Shown piece after piece: positions 1-13,500 of a stretch of 64,000 bases of DNA; position 1 is the stretch's first letter; each line of letters begins with the position of its first letter. The stretch comes from Bilabrum cf. latius. Its lineage: Eukaryota. A program made the position numbers and the translations under genes. The notes under the pieces are model-generated. The model ran no database searches and was not told the origin of the DNA. It was given only the letters and a program-made list of their open reading frames with translations. The DNA lies in assembly GCA_965178125.1 (NCBI GenBank), contig OZ237745.1:1054001-1118000 (forward strand), given 5' to 3'.

Positions 1-168
1 GGGTAGAAGGCGCAGTTGGAGTGCCATCCATGGCCTGCACGGGCCCAGGTTGTCTCTCGCGCCCGTTGCCGCGCACGATTGTCCAGACGCAAACCGGAAT
101 TAATCGATTAGTTGCGCGTTAAAAAAGGGAAAATTCGATTTACGCAAGAAGCTCATAATACTGGCCGC

Positions 169-1559
169 ATGTTGGCAGAGACGCTACGATAGCTCGATGC
201 CTACCCAAAACTTAAAGATGATGCTAGGGACTCGACCGTATCTGGCGGCTTGCGTGAGTTGTTGAGATCTTGAGCAGGCCTGCAATTCGACATGTTGATG
301 AAGCGTCTCTACTATTGAAATCATTCTTGTGGGCCGGTCGCAGTGTCGTCTGGGGCGATCCTTTTGATCTTAGTATTGGTAATCTAGGATGTACGGGACT
401 ATATGACTGTCGTGAGTCCTATGCGCGCGTGTCTGCAGCGTCCTCCGAATCATCAGGAGTGGGCTTCGCTTCGCACGCTAGCGTTGTGTGGCGTCAATCG
501 TATTCCTCGCCGCAGGAATCCATCGAAACAATGGAGGTAGATACGAAAAGGAACGCCCACATGCGGATCAACTTTGACCTTAGTTTCCCTAAAGTGCCGT
601 GCACCATGATCAGTGTGGATGCCGAAGATGTTACAAAGTCGCCCCATAAGGGGCTCATGCACAACGTTTTCAAGCGTAGACTTGACAGATACGGGCGATC
701 TACGGGAACGGTAGAGAGAAATAACCTAGGCAACACTCTTTCTTCCGAGGAAGAGCTGAAGGCTTCGAAAGCAAGGGACATTGCTAGCGGGCGCCCAACC
801 ATCACGGAGACAGAGGCGAAGACCCAGGGGGCTGATTGCCCTTCTTGTTATGGCGCCGGATCTCCAGGGCAGTGTTGCTAGACGTGTGACGAGGTGCGAG
901 AGCTGTACAGGCAGAAGGGCTGGAGCTTCGAGCCCTCGGGTGTGGCGCAGTGCAGGAAGGAGGGGCTGGCCGATGACGTGGCCTCGGGGAAGGAGGAGGG
1001 ATGCAACATATACGGGTACGTGAAGGTGCCGAAGGTAGCAGGGAACATTCATTTTGCGCCCGGGACGGGATTCTCTCAGCTGTTCGGCAGCCACGAGGAC
1101 CTCATGGCGCTCACCCACGGCAAGTTTAACTCGACGCACACCATCAACTCGCTGAGCTTCGGCAGGTTCTACCCCAGCCGAACCAACCCGCTGGATGGGG
1201 TCTATCACGAGGTGGGGGATGGGGCGGCGATGTACCAGTACTTCCTGAAAGTGGTGCCCACCGAGTACAGGTCGCTGGCAGGCACTAGGTATTCGACCTA
1301 CCAGTTCGCCGCCACGTCGCACCAGCGGCACCTCAACCTGGAGACGCAGAGGGGCCTGCCCGGAGTGTACTTCTACTATGACCTGTCCCCCATTCGAGTG
1401 CGGATCAGGGAGCAGTCGCAGTCTTTCGCCCACTTGCTGACCGGGCTGGTGGCCATCGTGGGAGGTGTCATGTCTCTGGCTGGGTTTATCGATAGCCTCG
1501 TGCACCAGGCTTCCACCACTGCGGGGGCGGGGAGCCGCAGGTCCGGGCTGCTGGGATGA
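169..1559 (+). CDS. ERGIC3: ER-Golgi intermediate compartment protein 3 (Erv46 family); exons 169-253, 344-411, 516-1559; in-frame TAG at 190, 385 and 879
   Basis: The N-terminus MLAETLR*LDAYPK is followed by a TM helix, CPSCYGAG..CC*TCDEVRELY, GCNIYGYVKVPKVAGNIHFAPG and PGVYFYYDLSPI. GTGAGT...CAG introns keep the frame. The gene ends in TGA. Confidence 0.93.
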
Positions 1560-1715
1560 AGGGAGGCGCGGCTTCGCTTGAGAAGCTTTGCCGCGATGCA
1601 GCGCCCAGTGGCACGGTTGCGGTGGGAGCTGATCCGGATGTGATAGTGCGGTTAGTCGCCACCAGGAATTGAATGGACAAGGTCTAAGTGTGATAAAATG
1701 GGTGTTTCGGCTTGT

Positions 1716-1750
1716 ACGCAACTGTCATCACGCAACTGTCATCACGCAAC
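1716..1750. repeat. Short tandem repeat, 14-bp unit ACGCAACTGTCATC x2.5, between convergent genes
   Basis: Read directly from the sequence. Confidence 0.7.
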
Positions 1751-1862
1751 ACAGCTACCCCCTCCTGCGGATGCCCGCTCGCACCGCTGGCTTCAAAGCC
1801 TCGCGGTGAGCTTGCGCATGCCATGCGACTCGGGGACTCGTCAAGCACTGCGCGTTCACCCG

Positions 1863-3299
1863 TCATCGCCCGCCCCTCGAAGCCTTGCCTTTCCACACCG
1901 ACCCGCCCGTCTTCTTAGAGGGGGGCCCTGCCAGCGAGCTGGCCAGGTCGGCAGCAGACCGGCCCTGCGAGGAAGAGGCTCGTCGCCTGCTGCTGCTGCT
2001 CCTTCCGCTGCGGCTATTGCTGCGCCCATCAGGTGCGCCATCGCCACCCGCATCCTCCAAAGACGCCCCAGCGGCAGCCGCGATGGTGGCAGCCTCTGCA
2101 TCCGCCCTGTCGGCGTGCGCCCTCGCCTGCCTCGCCGTCTCGTGTATCTCTTCGGCGGGCACAAACCCGGCGATGACCCGATCCATGCCTTCCCCCGGGT
2201 GCTCTGCCTTCTGCCACACCTTCACGTTGAAGAAAATCCACTTGTCTGTCGGCCTCGGGGGCCCTCTCGATGCAGGCGTGGCCGGGGCGGCGGAGGCCGA
2301 GTCCTTGGCAGAGCCGTCCTTCCTGGTGTACCACAGCTGCTGCTCCCCGTTGTAGAACCAACCCGTCTGGTAGAGCTGCTCCGCTGCGCAGCTCTGCAGC
2401 ACGTCTCCTGTCATGGAATAGAATGAGTACAGCAGCACCTCGGCCGGCATGGAGCTGAAGGCGGACTGCGGCAAGCTTGAGGTGAGGTCCAGGTAACAGC
2501 TGGGCAGCACGAACGGGAGGTGCTCCGTGGAGGGGTTGTCCGCCCATGGCAAGCCCATGTGATTGGCCAGGCGAGAGGCCTGCAAATTCACCCCGAGGGA
2601 GGACAGCTCCGTGCCGAGAGCCAGTGTGACGAGGTCCTCGTCCTGCATGCGGATCACGTCGAGGAGGCCCAGGAGGCCGAAGCTCGACCGACCGATGCCG
2701 CCCCCACGCGCTGACTTTGATACTCCGGCCATGGGGCCGCCCGGTGCAACCGAGTCTATCACGCCGGGGTCCTCTGCCACAGCGCCGCTGCCGCTGGAAG
2801 CTTCGGCGGCGGCAGGCCTGGAACCGGCGGTCGCCGGCGGTACCCCTGGTGCAGCGGCGGTACCGGCGGGTGGCTACGAAGACTAGGCAGCCGCACTGCC
2901 GTCCTAACCCAAGTTAGGGTATGGATGCGGTCTGCCTGGGTCTGCCTGTGTCTGTCTAGGTTGCTAGCTGGCGGCTTGGGGAGCCGGGACAGGAGAGCCA
3001 CCAAGCGCTGGAAAATCTTCGGCTGTTAACTAGCCTCGGGGGGGCGCCTATCTTCTCGACAACCCGGCATACCCGCTAGAAAACGCAGTCCCCTATGCTG
3101 CTCCTGCAGGACCAGGCGAGCCAAGGCCAGCCATGTGGCTTCCAGCCGATCCTCCGAGGTTTGGCAGACCCTGCCCACCGGCGGGTCCGCCCTATCCAAC
3201 AGGAGGCATGCCTGCCTAACTTGGGACAACTCGTCTCTGCTAGCCTGCAAAGCCTCCTTGCTGCGAGCCAGAGTATCCACCGTAACCGCCAGATGCCAT
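1863..3299 (-). CDS. CNOT2: CCR4-NOT subunit NOT2, ~478 aa, intronless when TAG is read as Gln (10 TAGs in the N-terminal part)
   Basis: The NOT2/3/5 box is present (FGLLGLLDVIRM..DLVTLALGTELSSLGVNL, LLYSFYSMTGDVLQ..AAEQLY..GWFY). The conserved EDFPAL motif at ~3000-3020 is in frame only across TAGs. The ORF starts MASGGYGGYSGSQQ and ends in TGA. Confidence 0.9.
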
Positions 3300-4570
3300 T
3301 GTACACTTCCTTAGTAGCCCTTGCCGCAGACGCGTCGGATGCAAGTTGGAATGATGCGGCTCTATGCGCTTTTGTCCAAATCCAGCGCAGATAGAGAGTC
3401 TAGACTATTAGTCAAGCTGACAAAATCTACGAAAAACGCAAGTTTGGGTGCTAGATGGCACAATTTAGGTCGTTGGCGATTATCTCGCATTCGTGTAATT
3501 GCACGCTACTTCACAGACGCGGCGTCGCGGACAGGTCGGCCTGGGCCGAAGCCAGCTTGTGCACAGAGTGAGAAAAGGAAAATCGATGCGTACTGTGTGA
3601 TATGGCTATACCTATAGTATGCTCGACACTTCAGATGGTTCTTCTGTCACATTTGAGATGGATTGCCACCAAAAGCCCTTTCGTGCTTGTCGGCTACCCA
3701 TGGATCTGGGTGGTCCAGAGACAAGAGCAACTGTAGGGCCATGCCCATGAATCTGGGTGTACCTTGCATGCCACACCCGTGATAAAATATTCAAACGCTA
3801 CCTCGAGCATCAGGGATATCCCCTGGTGGTCGGGCGGGCGAGAAGAGGCATGGGCTGGCCCGGTGGAGGGTGGGGAGGTGTCAGTGGGGCTACGGTGAGG
3901 AAATGCTCGACCGCGGCAGACCGCATGGCTTCGACCGCCCGTCAAATGATGCAAACACCCCGCGAGTCTTAATTCGTAATCCCACTGCGCCCTTCAAAGG
4001 CGACCGCACCTGCACAACGACGCGGAGCTCGATACGAGGATGGCCAGGCTGGGCAGGCCCCCCACTTACACACTGCCAGTCTGACGTTCATCTCTGCGAA
4101 CAGCGATACGAGCATTTCAGCCGTGTTGTTGAATTTTGACGTCGTGGCACTGCCACTGTCCGTCTTGGTATCGTCTGGTGGCCCTGGCCAGCTTGCCAAC
4201 TTGGTCGCAATAATTTAAGACTCCGGATAACCCAACAACTGATATATATCAAGGTTGCCAGCCAAGCTTGGCTGCGTGTACTGCAGCAGCATTGATTATC
4301 GGCGATGATCAATCATAAGAATATGCAAGCAAGGGCGGGATCTGATGACCATTTAAGCGGCTAGGCTTGTCCGGCTGACGTCCAGATTGCACAGCCGCAA
4401 CTTTGAAACTGCACTGTTCAAAATCATACATGCGCGTTGGATGATTGACACAAAAAATTGTCAGTGCATAGATAGGAAGGCGCAGTAATAGTCGACCCAG
4501 CAGTTTATATAGATACTAAAGCGTACAGGACCCATTGCATACTTCTAGTTTATCGACCGTTGGGGGTGAA

Positions 4571-7500
4571 ATGTGGAATGCAAGCTGGAATCGGAATGAA
4601 TATGCCTTTGCGCAGCTAGCCGCGTTGCTTTTGGCGGCTGGTTCTTGCTTTGCATCGATAGATGAGTTTGAAATTAGGATAGCTCATCAGCCTTCCCGCC
4701 TTGGCTTTGGCGGGGTCTCATTGGATGAGCAGCCAGTCGTGCGCTTATGGAATTCTACTTCAAGCGCTTTTGAGGTTTCGCCGTTTGGAAACAACACTTG
4801 GGTTATCGCGTAGCTGTGGTTACCCCCAAATAGGTTCGCAATACTCTCAGGGGGTGACGATGGCCTCGCCCAGCAGCTGGAGAGTTCCCATGGCGTTGCA
4901 TTCGCTAGCCAGTACCGAGTTGCAGCTCGCCTGAACGAGTCGGGATTCGCTAATTTTTCTGGGATTGCGATCGATATGTCATCAACCAGCCCGTATCAGT
5001 TAAATTTCTTTATTTTTGGCCAAGGATCGGTCCCGGGTGCGATCAGCAACGGCATCGAGATTAGGACAGGACCCGCGTACAGGCTCTCTTTGCTGCGTGA
5101 GCCTGGCACCGCTGACGGGGGCAGACCCTTCAGGGCGTAGCCGTAGCTAGAAGTGGTAGATGCCGGCGGAAACCGAGTCACGAGCGACAGCAGCACGGTG
5201 GCCCGTGCGAGCATATCGGCATTCGCATCGGTCGCAAATGCGAGCAGGACCCCGGTGCTCCTCGGGAGGGCGGAAGCAACTGCCCGGCGGGGGCTCATCG
5301 AGTTTCTCGACCTGGGAATCGATGCTGCAGGGCTAGGATACGTCCTTGATTTCAATTCCAACGCAGACCGGGTGCACCCTTTGGGCCAGGCTCTGGGCAA
5401 CAGCTCCTAGCCCGGGTCGCTGTGGAACGGCACCGCAAACTCTACGGCGTGGTTTGATGGGGTGTCCGAGGACAGGTCCAATGTGAGCTGCCCTCCCTTC
5501 ACTGTGGGCGTGGGCCCGACCGCCAGCTTGCGGCTCGTGCAGCAGCCGGGGGGGGGCAGGGGCGGCGAGGCCTTCGACGGCCAGCCGAAGGTCCTGCTGC
5601 TGGACGCAGGGGGCAACATCAACACGCAGGACAACGACTCATTCGTGACCGCGGAGATCTACGACAACGGAGCGTTTCCACGTAGGAGGGACGCCAGCGG
5701 GCCAGGGCATGGGCGGCTTGGGCCAATCGTGCTCTACGACGACTTCGTGCCGGACCCGTCCAGCCTGGATCTGGAGGTGCTGGCGAGCGTGCTGCAGGGG
5801 CAGGTGTACGTCAATGTGACGGGGGGCATCCCTACGGCCTTCACGCCCCCACTGGAGAGCGGAGACCAAGTTAGTCTCGGCAGCGTGTCGCAGCCCGACC
5901 ACAGGCAGCCGGACTATCTCTCGCCCCCTCCCAATGAGCCCGGAGCGATCGTGCGCGTCGTGCGGGCGGACGAGTCTCGGTTCAGGCTGGACTCCCCATG
6001 GCAGTACAACGACACGTTCTTGCAGCCTTTGCTGCGGACGAGGGATCCGGTGAGAGTGAGGGTGCAGCAAGGGGTGGCGGACTTCACCGGGCTGCAGCTG
6101 GACAGGGTGGGTCGCGCCTACACGCTGAGGTTCGTGTCCTCGCTGCGGCCCGAGCCTGAAGGCACGCTGCTTGGCCGGGGGAGGCGGGGGTACGGCCGGC
6201 AAGGCTACGGGTACGGATACGGGCTTGATGCGCCGGACGGCACGCCATCACTGCCGCTGGCTCCCAATGGGGGAGACTGGGAAGCGGCGCTCGCGGGCCG
6301 CAGCGGGCTGGACCGGGCCAGGGCACTGCCCAACATCACGGTCGTGTCGGAGCCGTTCGACGTTGCCGTTGGAGCGCCGGCCTCGATCGTCGTCTCTCGA
6401 CAGGCGCAGGGCGCCTGGGCCGGCGGCCAGCCGTTCCGCGTGCAGCCTCGGGTGGAGGTCCTGGATCTCGGAGGGAACACCGTGTTGCACGACAATGAAA
6501 CGGTGATCACGGTGTCGCTGGCTTCAAACGCCAGCGGAGCTCTGCTGCCGGGCACTCAGGCCGGGGTGGCGCCGTCGCCGTATTCCTCCAACGAGCTCTC
6601 TGGTCTGCTGCGAGGCAACACCTCATCGCGCGTGGTGGACGGAGTGCTGGTGTTCCAGGACCTGGCCATCGACGTGCCGGGCAAGGACTTTGCCCTCCTG
6701 TTCACGGCACAGCTGTCGGGCGGCGGGGGCACCTACAGTGCCGCCAGTCCGGTGCGGGTGGCCCCATCTGCCGAGTTTCAGGTGCTGCCGTTCGACGGCG
6801 AGCCTGGGGATCAGTTTGGGAGTGCCGTCGCCGCAGGGAACAACTACCTGGCGGTGGGCGCCCCGCGTGACAGTGCTCCTCAGCAGGAGGTGCAGGTGAT
6901 TCGGACCGAGGCCAGCGCGACGGAGTACGTGCGGGAGGTGCAGGTGGTCACCACCACGGCCGCAAGGCAGGACGAGGTGCAGGCAGTGGGGCTGCTGACT
7001 CCCACGAGGGGCGGCATCACGGGGGGTTTCTTCCAGCTGCAGTGGAAGGGCTTGACCTCTCGGTAGATCCCGCACGATGCTCACGGGGACCTGGTCAAGG
7101 TCATCATGGAGGCCGACTTTGCCGGTGTGGGCATTGGAGACGTCGCGGTGAGGGAAGTGGGGGTGGATCGCACGCCCGCAGGCACCTCCCTGTCGCTGCC
7201 CGATGGAGCCGACGTGGCGGATCAGTACGGGCTGTGCGCCTTGCTGCCATCTTCTGCGGTATGCAGGGCCGACAGACTCTGGCTGGTGACCTTCAAGCAC
7301 CTCGCTGGCTTCGTGCCGCTGCTGCAGGTGGACAACGGCAGCTTCGCGATCGCTGGCCCGAACGTGACCCATAGCGTGGCTCAGGTGCAGCCTTCCTCCC
7401 GCATCGGAGGCTTCTTCTCCCTGCAGATCGGGGGTTAGTTCGGCGGGCAGCTGAACCAGACGGTCGACATCGCGCACGACGCGCACCCTGCCACCGTGAA

Positions 7501-10500
7501 AGACGCCATCGTGGCCCTCGGCACCGGGCCCGTGGACGTGTCCCGTGCACCGGGCGTCCTGGGCGAGGAGGCGGGGTCCTTTGCGTGGGCGGTGACGTTT
7601 TCTGCCAGCCCGTTGGACCCGTTTTCGTACAATCCACCGACCCTCGTCGCCAACAGCTCGGGTCTGTCCGGCCCTTAGGCAGCGGCGTACGTGCACACGT
7701 CGAGGCAGGGCGAGGGTCCGCTTCACGGCTCCTTCCGCCTGTTCTTCAGGGGAGAGGGCCCCACGGCTCCCATCCAGTACGACGCAACGGCCCAGGAAAT
7801 GAGGGATGCCCTCGAGACGCTGCCCACGATCGACCTGATCGACGTGCTGAGGAGCGGGCCCACGCTCACGGGAGGGTTCGCGTGGACCGTCACCTTCCAG
7901 CTGACCAGGACAGAGACTGACGAGGGCTTCGAGCTGGACCAAGGGCTGCAGCTGGCGCAGGACCTGCCTCCCATTGCAGACTCAGAGATCGGAGCTTCCG
8001 CCGTGCCGTACCGGTGGGTTCCTCCCGGAGACGCCGCGCCCGATGCCATGCTGGCAGGCTCCCAAGCCAGGGTCACCGTGGACCACGTGTTTGGCGAAAG
8101 CAGGGACGACCCGTGGGAGGCCCCTCGCAGCGGCCTCTCAGGTGCGGGAGCCGGGGCCGTCTACGTGTTCAGACGGTTCGGCAGGGCGTGGTACCCTGAT
8201 GGCGGGGACGCCATCGCGCCCGGAGACCCGGCTGCCAACGAGCTCTCGAGGATTCGGCCGTCCGACACGGACGGACAGGACGCATTTGGTAGCGCATTGG
8301 CCATGGACGAGACGCAGGGGGTGATCGCCGTGGGAGCACCCGCCGCGGCGTTTTACGGAGGTCTCGAGGTGCAGCGCGTGGCCTGTGCAGCCGACACGGG
8401 CAGCTTCACGCTGACGTGGAGGGGCAGGACCACTGCGGCCATCCCGCCGGCTACCAGCATCAGCGCGGTGAAGGCTGCGCTGGAGGACCTGGCGAGTCTC
8501 CATGCCGTGTCTGTGAGCGGGGAATCAACCGACGGCGGGTCCGGGCCCGTGTCTAGCGAGCAGCCGGTGTGCGGCGGCACGGCCACAGGCGCCAACGCGA
8601 TGCTGGTCACGTTCTTGTGGCCCCAGGACGGCGACTTGCCCCCGCTGGAGCCAGATGCCGCGCTCCTGGGCACGTCCGGGGCAGACCCTGTGGTTCTCTC
8701 CGTGGACGACGACGTTGTGCGAGGCGAGAGGGTGTCTTCGGGCGAGAACGCCACGGGGCTGAGCGTGGGGGCTGTGTATCTCTTTGGCAGGGGCAGCGTG
8801 TCCAACGGCGGCGGAGGGTGGGCGGGGACGCACAAGCTGCTTGCACCGGCAGAGCACAGAGGTGCGGGGAGCGGGTTTGGGACGGCGCTGAGCGCCAGTG
8901 GAGACACGGTCGTGGTGGGGGCTCCGCTGGAGGCCGTGGAGCTGACGGGGGAGGGCGCGGGCTCGGTGTACGTGTTCCGGCGGTCGGACCTGCTGGACGA
9001 GCCGCACAGCAGCAATGCCAGCTGGTCGCTGACGCAGCGTGTGGTCGCCAGGACTTCCAACAGCGAGGGCGGGGCGGACCACGGATTCGGCAGCGCAGTC
9101 GCCCTCGACGGTGAGTCGCTGGTGGTGGGTGCGCCAGGTGCGGAAGATGGGCAGGGGAGGGTGTACGTGTTCAAGCGGAAGCTGTGGATCTCCGACCAGT
9201 TTCTCATCGACCAGGTCCTGGTCGCACCGACCGAGGCTCGTCTGTTCGGGCACGCCGTGGCTGCTGCGGACGACCTCGTTGTGGTGGGCGCGCCCGAGTC
9301 GCTGCATCCCATGCGCCTGCGGGCCTTGCTGCGCCGGAGCGGCCCCCTGGGACCCGAGGCTCAGCCGGCATCTGTCCTGCGGACCGGCGCTGCGTACGTC
9401 TACGACCGTGATGACTTCTTCGGCTTCTACTCCAGCGCGCCGAGGTCAGAGTTGGCGCCCTCAGGGGCCTACGAGGGGGATCGTGCGGGGCTGTCCGTGG
9501 GCGTATCGGGCCATGTGGCCGTGGTGGGAACGTCTAGGCTGACGCAGGACGCAGCGAGGCCCCGCCACGAGGTGCAGGTGGTGATGCTCGACGCGGAGGA
9601 GGGGCCCATGAGCAGAGAGTGGAGGCTGCAGTGGAGGCGCGAGCGGCGCTCCACGGACCCAAGGGCACCCACCAGGCCCACGGAACTGGGCGTGAACCCT
9701 AAGGACTCCAAGTGGGTGCTGAGGTCGTCCAGGCCGCTGGCGGTGGACGCGACGGCCTCTCAGGTCCGTGAGGTGCTGGAGTACGACTTGGGCACGGGCG
9801 CGGTGAACGTCACCAGGAAGGGTCCAGACACGCAGGGCGGGTACAGGTGGTTTGTGACGTTCTTAGCGCTGGGTGGGGACTCATTCGGGCCGGGAGGGTC
9901 TGCTGGGCCCATGGTGGGCGGCCCAGTATCGGGGTCGATGGCTGCAGGGGCGGGGCGGGCGGCCGCGGGCCGCGCAGCGCTGAGTGCCTCTGGCCCCGTG
10001 GGTGCCTGGAGCCCACTGGGCGGGGGGCAAGGCGGCTCGGCAGGGGCGCTGGGTGCGGCGGTGGCGGCGAATCGCCACGCCGCCGCGCTCCGCGGGTCGA
10101 TCGCGCAGGCCCCCGTGCCCTTGCTGGAGATGGACGTGAGTCGCGTGCGCGGCAAGGAGGTGCGGGGGACCGTGGCTCGTGTGTCTTCGGCCTCCTTGCC
10201 TGCCCCAGGGGCGGCCTTCGTGTTTGCCAGGGACCCAGCCACTGGAAGTGGAGCCCCATGGGTGGAAGCCGGGGCGTTTGCGCCGCACGGCAGGCAGAGG
10301 AGCGACTACTTTGGCCGGGCGGTGTCAGTGGCCGGCGCGTTCGCGGCGGTGGGCGCCCCCAACCGCGACAGCTGGCCGTCGGGTACCAACGCGGGCGCCG
10401 CGCTTGCCTTTGACCTGGGTCTGTTGAACCTGCGCATCGATGGCGCGGGGCCCCCGCCTCCCACGCAAGTGGCAGGCGGGACCGGGACCGGCGTCGCACT

Positions 10501-13500
10501 GGCAGCGGGTGATGGGTACCATGGTCTCGCCGTGGACGAGGACGGCATGGCCCTTCGGATGCGGGTGCGGCACTGCAGGCCGCTGTCGGCCTGCGCCGTG
10601 CCCGGGGCCCTTGCAGTCGCGAGGGAGGCAGCCGCCGCGCAGCCGCTGGCCGGGCCGGGGTTCGGGGCCAACGAAACGATGGCCGTGCTGCTGGACGTGA
10701 CGGCTGGTGACGACCTGGGGCACCACGTGCACTGGGCGCGGGAGGCGGTGCTGGACCCCAGCCGGGCATACGCCGGCCTGCCGTCCGTGCTGCGCGCAAG
10801 CGGTGCAATCGCGCTGGCTTCTTCTTCCTCGTCGTCTTCCTCGTCGTCGTCGCAGCACGGCAGCCAAGGGTCGGGTGACGCCTTCTCGCTTGACATCGCG
10901 GCTGCCACTCGGGCGCCTGCAACCGCCACCGCTGGCTGCGCCCTGTGGGTGCAGGGCGCCCCCGAGGCGGAGGCGCACGAGGCATGCCGCTTCCTGTCGC
11001 TGCCCGGGCCGCTGCTGCGGTCCTCGGGCCCGGACTTCGCCGGCTCCTCGGATGCGGAGCCCGTCCTCCGCAGGGAGGTGCTCGTGGCGGTGCCCCCGGA
11101 GGACTTCAACGGGTCCCTGCCCGACCCGGAGCCGCTCGACTCGCTGGCCGACGCCGACAACTCAACGGAGCTGCTGTCTGAGTTCGACGCCCTCGTGAGC
11201 GTGCGCGTGTCGGACGACCGCGTGCTGGAGGCTCCGGACGAGTCACTGCACGTGCGCGCCTCGCTGCCCGGCTTCGAGCCATCCGAGGGGGGCCCGCTGT
11301 GGTCCCAGGCCACGATTGAAGACGACGGCGACGGGGCGGTGGGCTCCAGGGGGTACCTCTCTCGCGTCTTTGCGGACGACGGGATGGGGCAGCCGCCTGC
11401 CGGCGCCGACTTTGGGCGCTCGGTGTCTCTGGAAGGCTCGCTCATGGCAGTGGGCGCCCCTCGGTACAGCCCAGGGCAGGACCCGGGGGTGGACGGATAG
11501 GATGCCACGGCTGCAATGATGTCCCTGTCGCTGGCGGTGCTGAATGGGTCGGACAATGAGGTGCTGCGGGCCAACGGATCTCTGCCAGGGGCGGCGCTGG
11601 GAGCCGCGCGCGTGGACGGACCGGGCCGCGCCTACGTGTTCCGTCAGGTCGCCGGCCTCTGGTCCGTGGAAGCCGAGCTGTCGGCACCCAACGGGACGGA
11701 GTTCTACGCCCCGGGTGCCCGGTTCGGGTCCGGCGTGAGCGTGGCGCCGGGCGGGGCGGTCGTCGCGGTGACGAGCAGCGGAGGCGGGGGCGCGCGCGAG
11801 TCGATCGCCCTGCACGTGTTCGCGAGAAACGCGAGCGGCAACGTGAGCGTGCAGCTGCTGGCGTCACTTCGGCCCGACCCTTCGCAGGCCACTGCGTACG
11901 ACGGTAGAGGTGCTCTGGACAGCCAGACCAGCGGTCTCGAGGCGCTCCGTGCCCTGGGGCACCAGGGGGTGCTCCCGCAGCACGGCTTCGGGCTGGCGCG
12001 GGCCGTGGCCTCCACGGCTGACAGAGTCGGCGAAGGTGTGACGGTGGTCGTGGGCTGCCGCGGGATGGAGGCTGTGTTCGTGTTCAGGGGCACAGCAACC
12101 GACGCGGCCTCCTGGAGGCAGACGGCCGTGCTGACTTCCAGCGCCCATCGGGCGCAGCGGCACGCCCTTCGGTACTACTTCGTTCCCGAGGGGTTCGGCG
12201 CTGCGGTGGCTGCCAGCGGCAACACGGTGGTTGTCGGTGCCCCCCACGCCAACTACGGCGGCTCCCAGCGCGTGGGTGCCGGCAGCGATTCCCGGAGCCA
12301 GGCCGAGTCGTTCGAGCAGGTGACGGGATTCTTCGGCACTGGTGGCGTGTACGTGTTCGAGCTGGTCCTGGGGGCCGGTCCAGACGCGGGTTAGGGTGGC
12401 CTCGCGGGGTCCTGGGCCAACGCGACGGACTGGGCGGGTGGCGACGAGCTGCTGCGTCTGCAGCTGCAGCAGCAAGCGGGCGGTGGCAGTGGCGGTGGAG
12501 CTGGCTTCCGCGTGATCAATGACACGGGTGGAGACCTCTCCAACGCCAGCATCAGCAGCGCCATCTGGGCACAGCAAGCGCTGCTCCTGGCGTCAGATGG
12601 GAGGCCGGGCGACCGCTTCGGGGCGTCTGTGGATGTGGACGGGTCCCAGCTGATTGCCGGCGCGTGGGGATCGGGAGCGCAGCCCAGGACAACCTGGAAC
12701 TTCGAAACGGCGGGGCTGGAGGGCTGGTACGCGACCGGCACGGCCTTTGCATCGCAGCCGACGCACGGTGACAACCCCTCTTTCCGGCCGGTGTACACGA
12801 CCGCCACGGGCGCCCCAGGTCTGCCCCAGCGGTCGGGTCTCGAGGGGCACTACTTCATCGGCACGTTTGAGGGCAGGCCAGGAGACCCCGCCGACCCCTT
12901 GGCCGCTCCCTCGGCGCTGCCGGGCACTGTCCAGGGGGACGCGCCCCAGGGGACGCTGACCTCGGACCCGTTCGTGATCGCGGGCAAGGCGATCTCGATG
13001 CTCGTGGGCGGGGGCTGCGACGCCAGGGCGGTGTTTGTTGAGCTCCTCGTTGACGGGGATCCGGTCAGGCGCGCCACGGGCGCGTGCGAGGAGCAGATGG
13101 CGCGGGTGCACTGGGACGTGGGGGCCTACGCGGGCAGGGCAGGGGTCATCAGGATCGCGGATCACTCCTCCGGCAAGTGGGGCCACATCAACGTGGACGA
13201 CATCCGCTTCTCCTGGGCTATGCAGAGGTACAAGGAGTCGCCCAGGTCGGGGGCGGCCTACGCCTTCAGGCGGCAGGCCCCTGGGACCAGCGGCACCGAC
13301 GGGGAGGCGGTGGAGCCTTGCAGCGCCCCTGCGGACGGGAGGTCCGCTCTGGCCTGTGAGTGGGCGGAGCAGGGCAAGCTGATGCCCAGCGATAAGCGAG
13401 CGGGCGTGCAGTTCGCGCTCGATGTGGCCGTCGTGGACGCCGCCGGTGTGGCAATCGTGGCCGCAGCCCGGCCACACGGACCCTCGAGCAGCGATTGGCA

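Noticed and set aside
3619-3972. Possible selenoprotein (GPCP-TGA-IWVY read-through frame)
   Set aside because: No resemblance to a selenoprotein family that I can recognise, and no identifiable SECIS.
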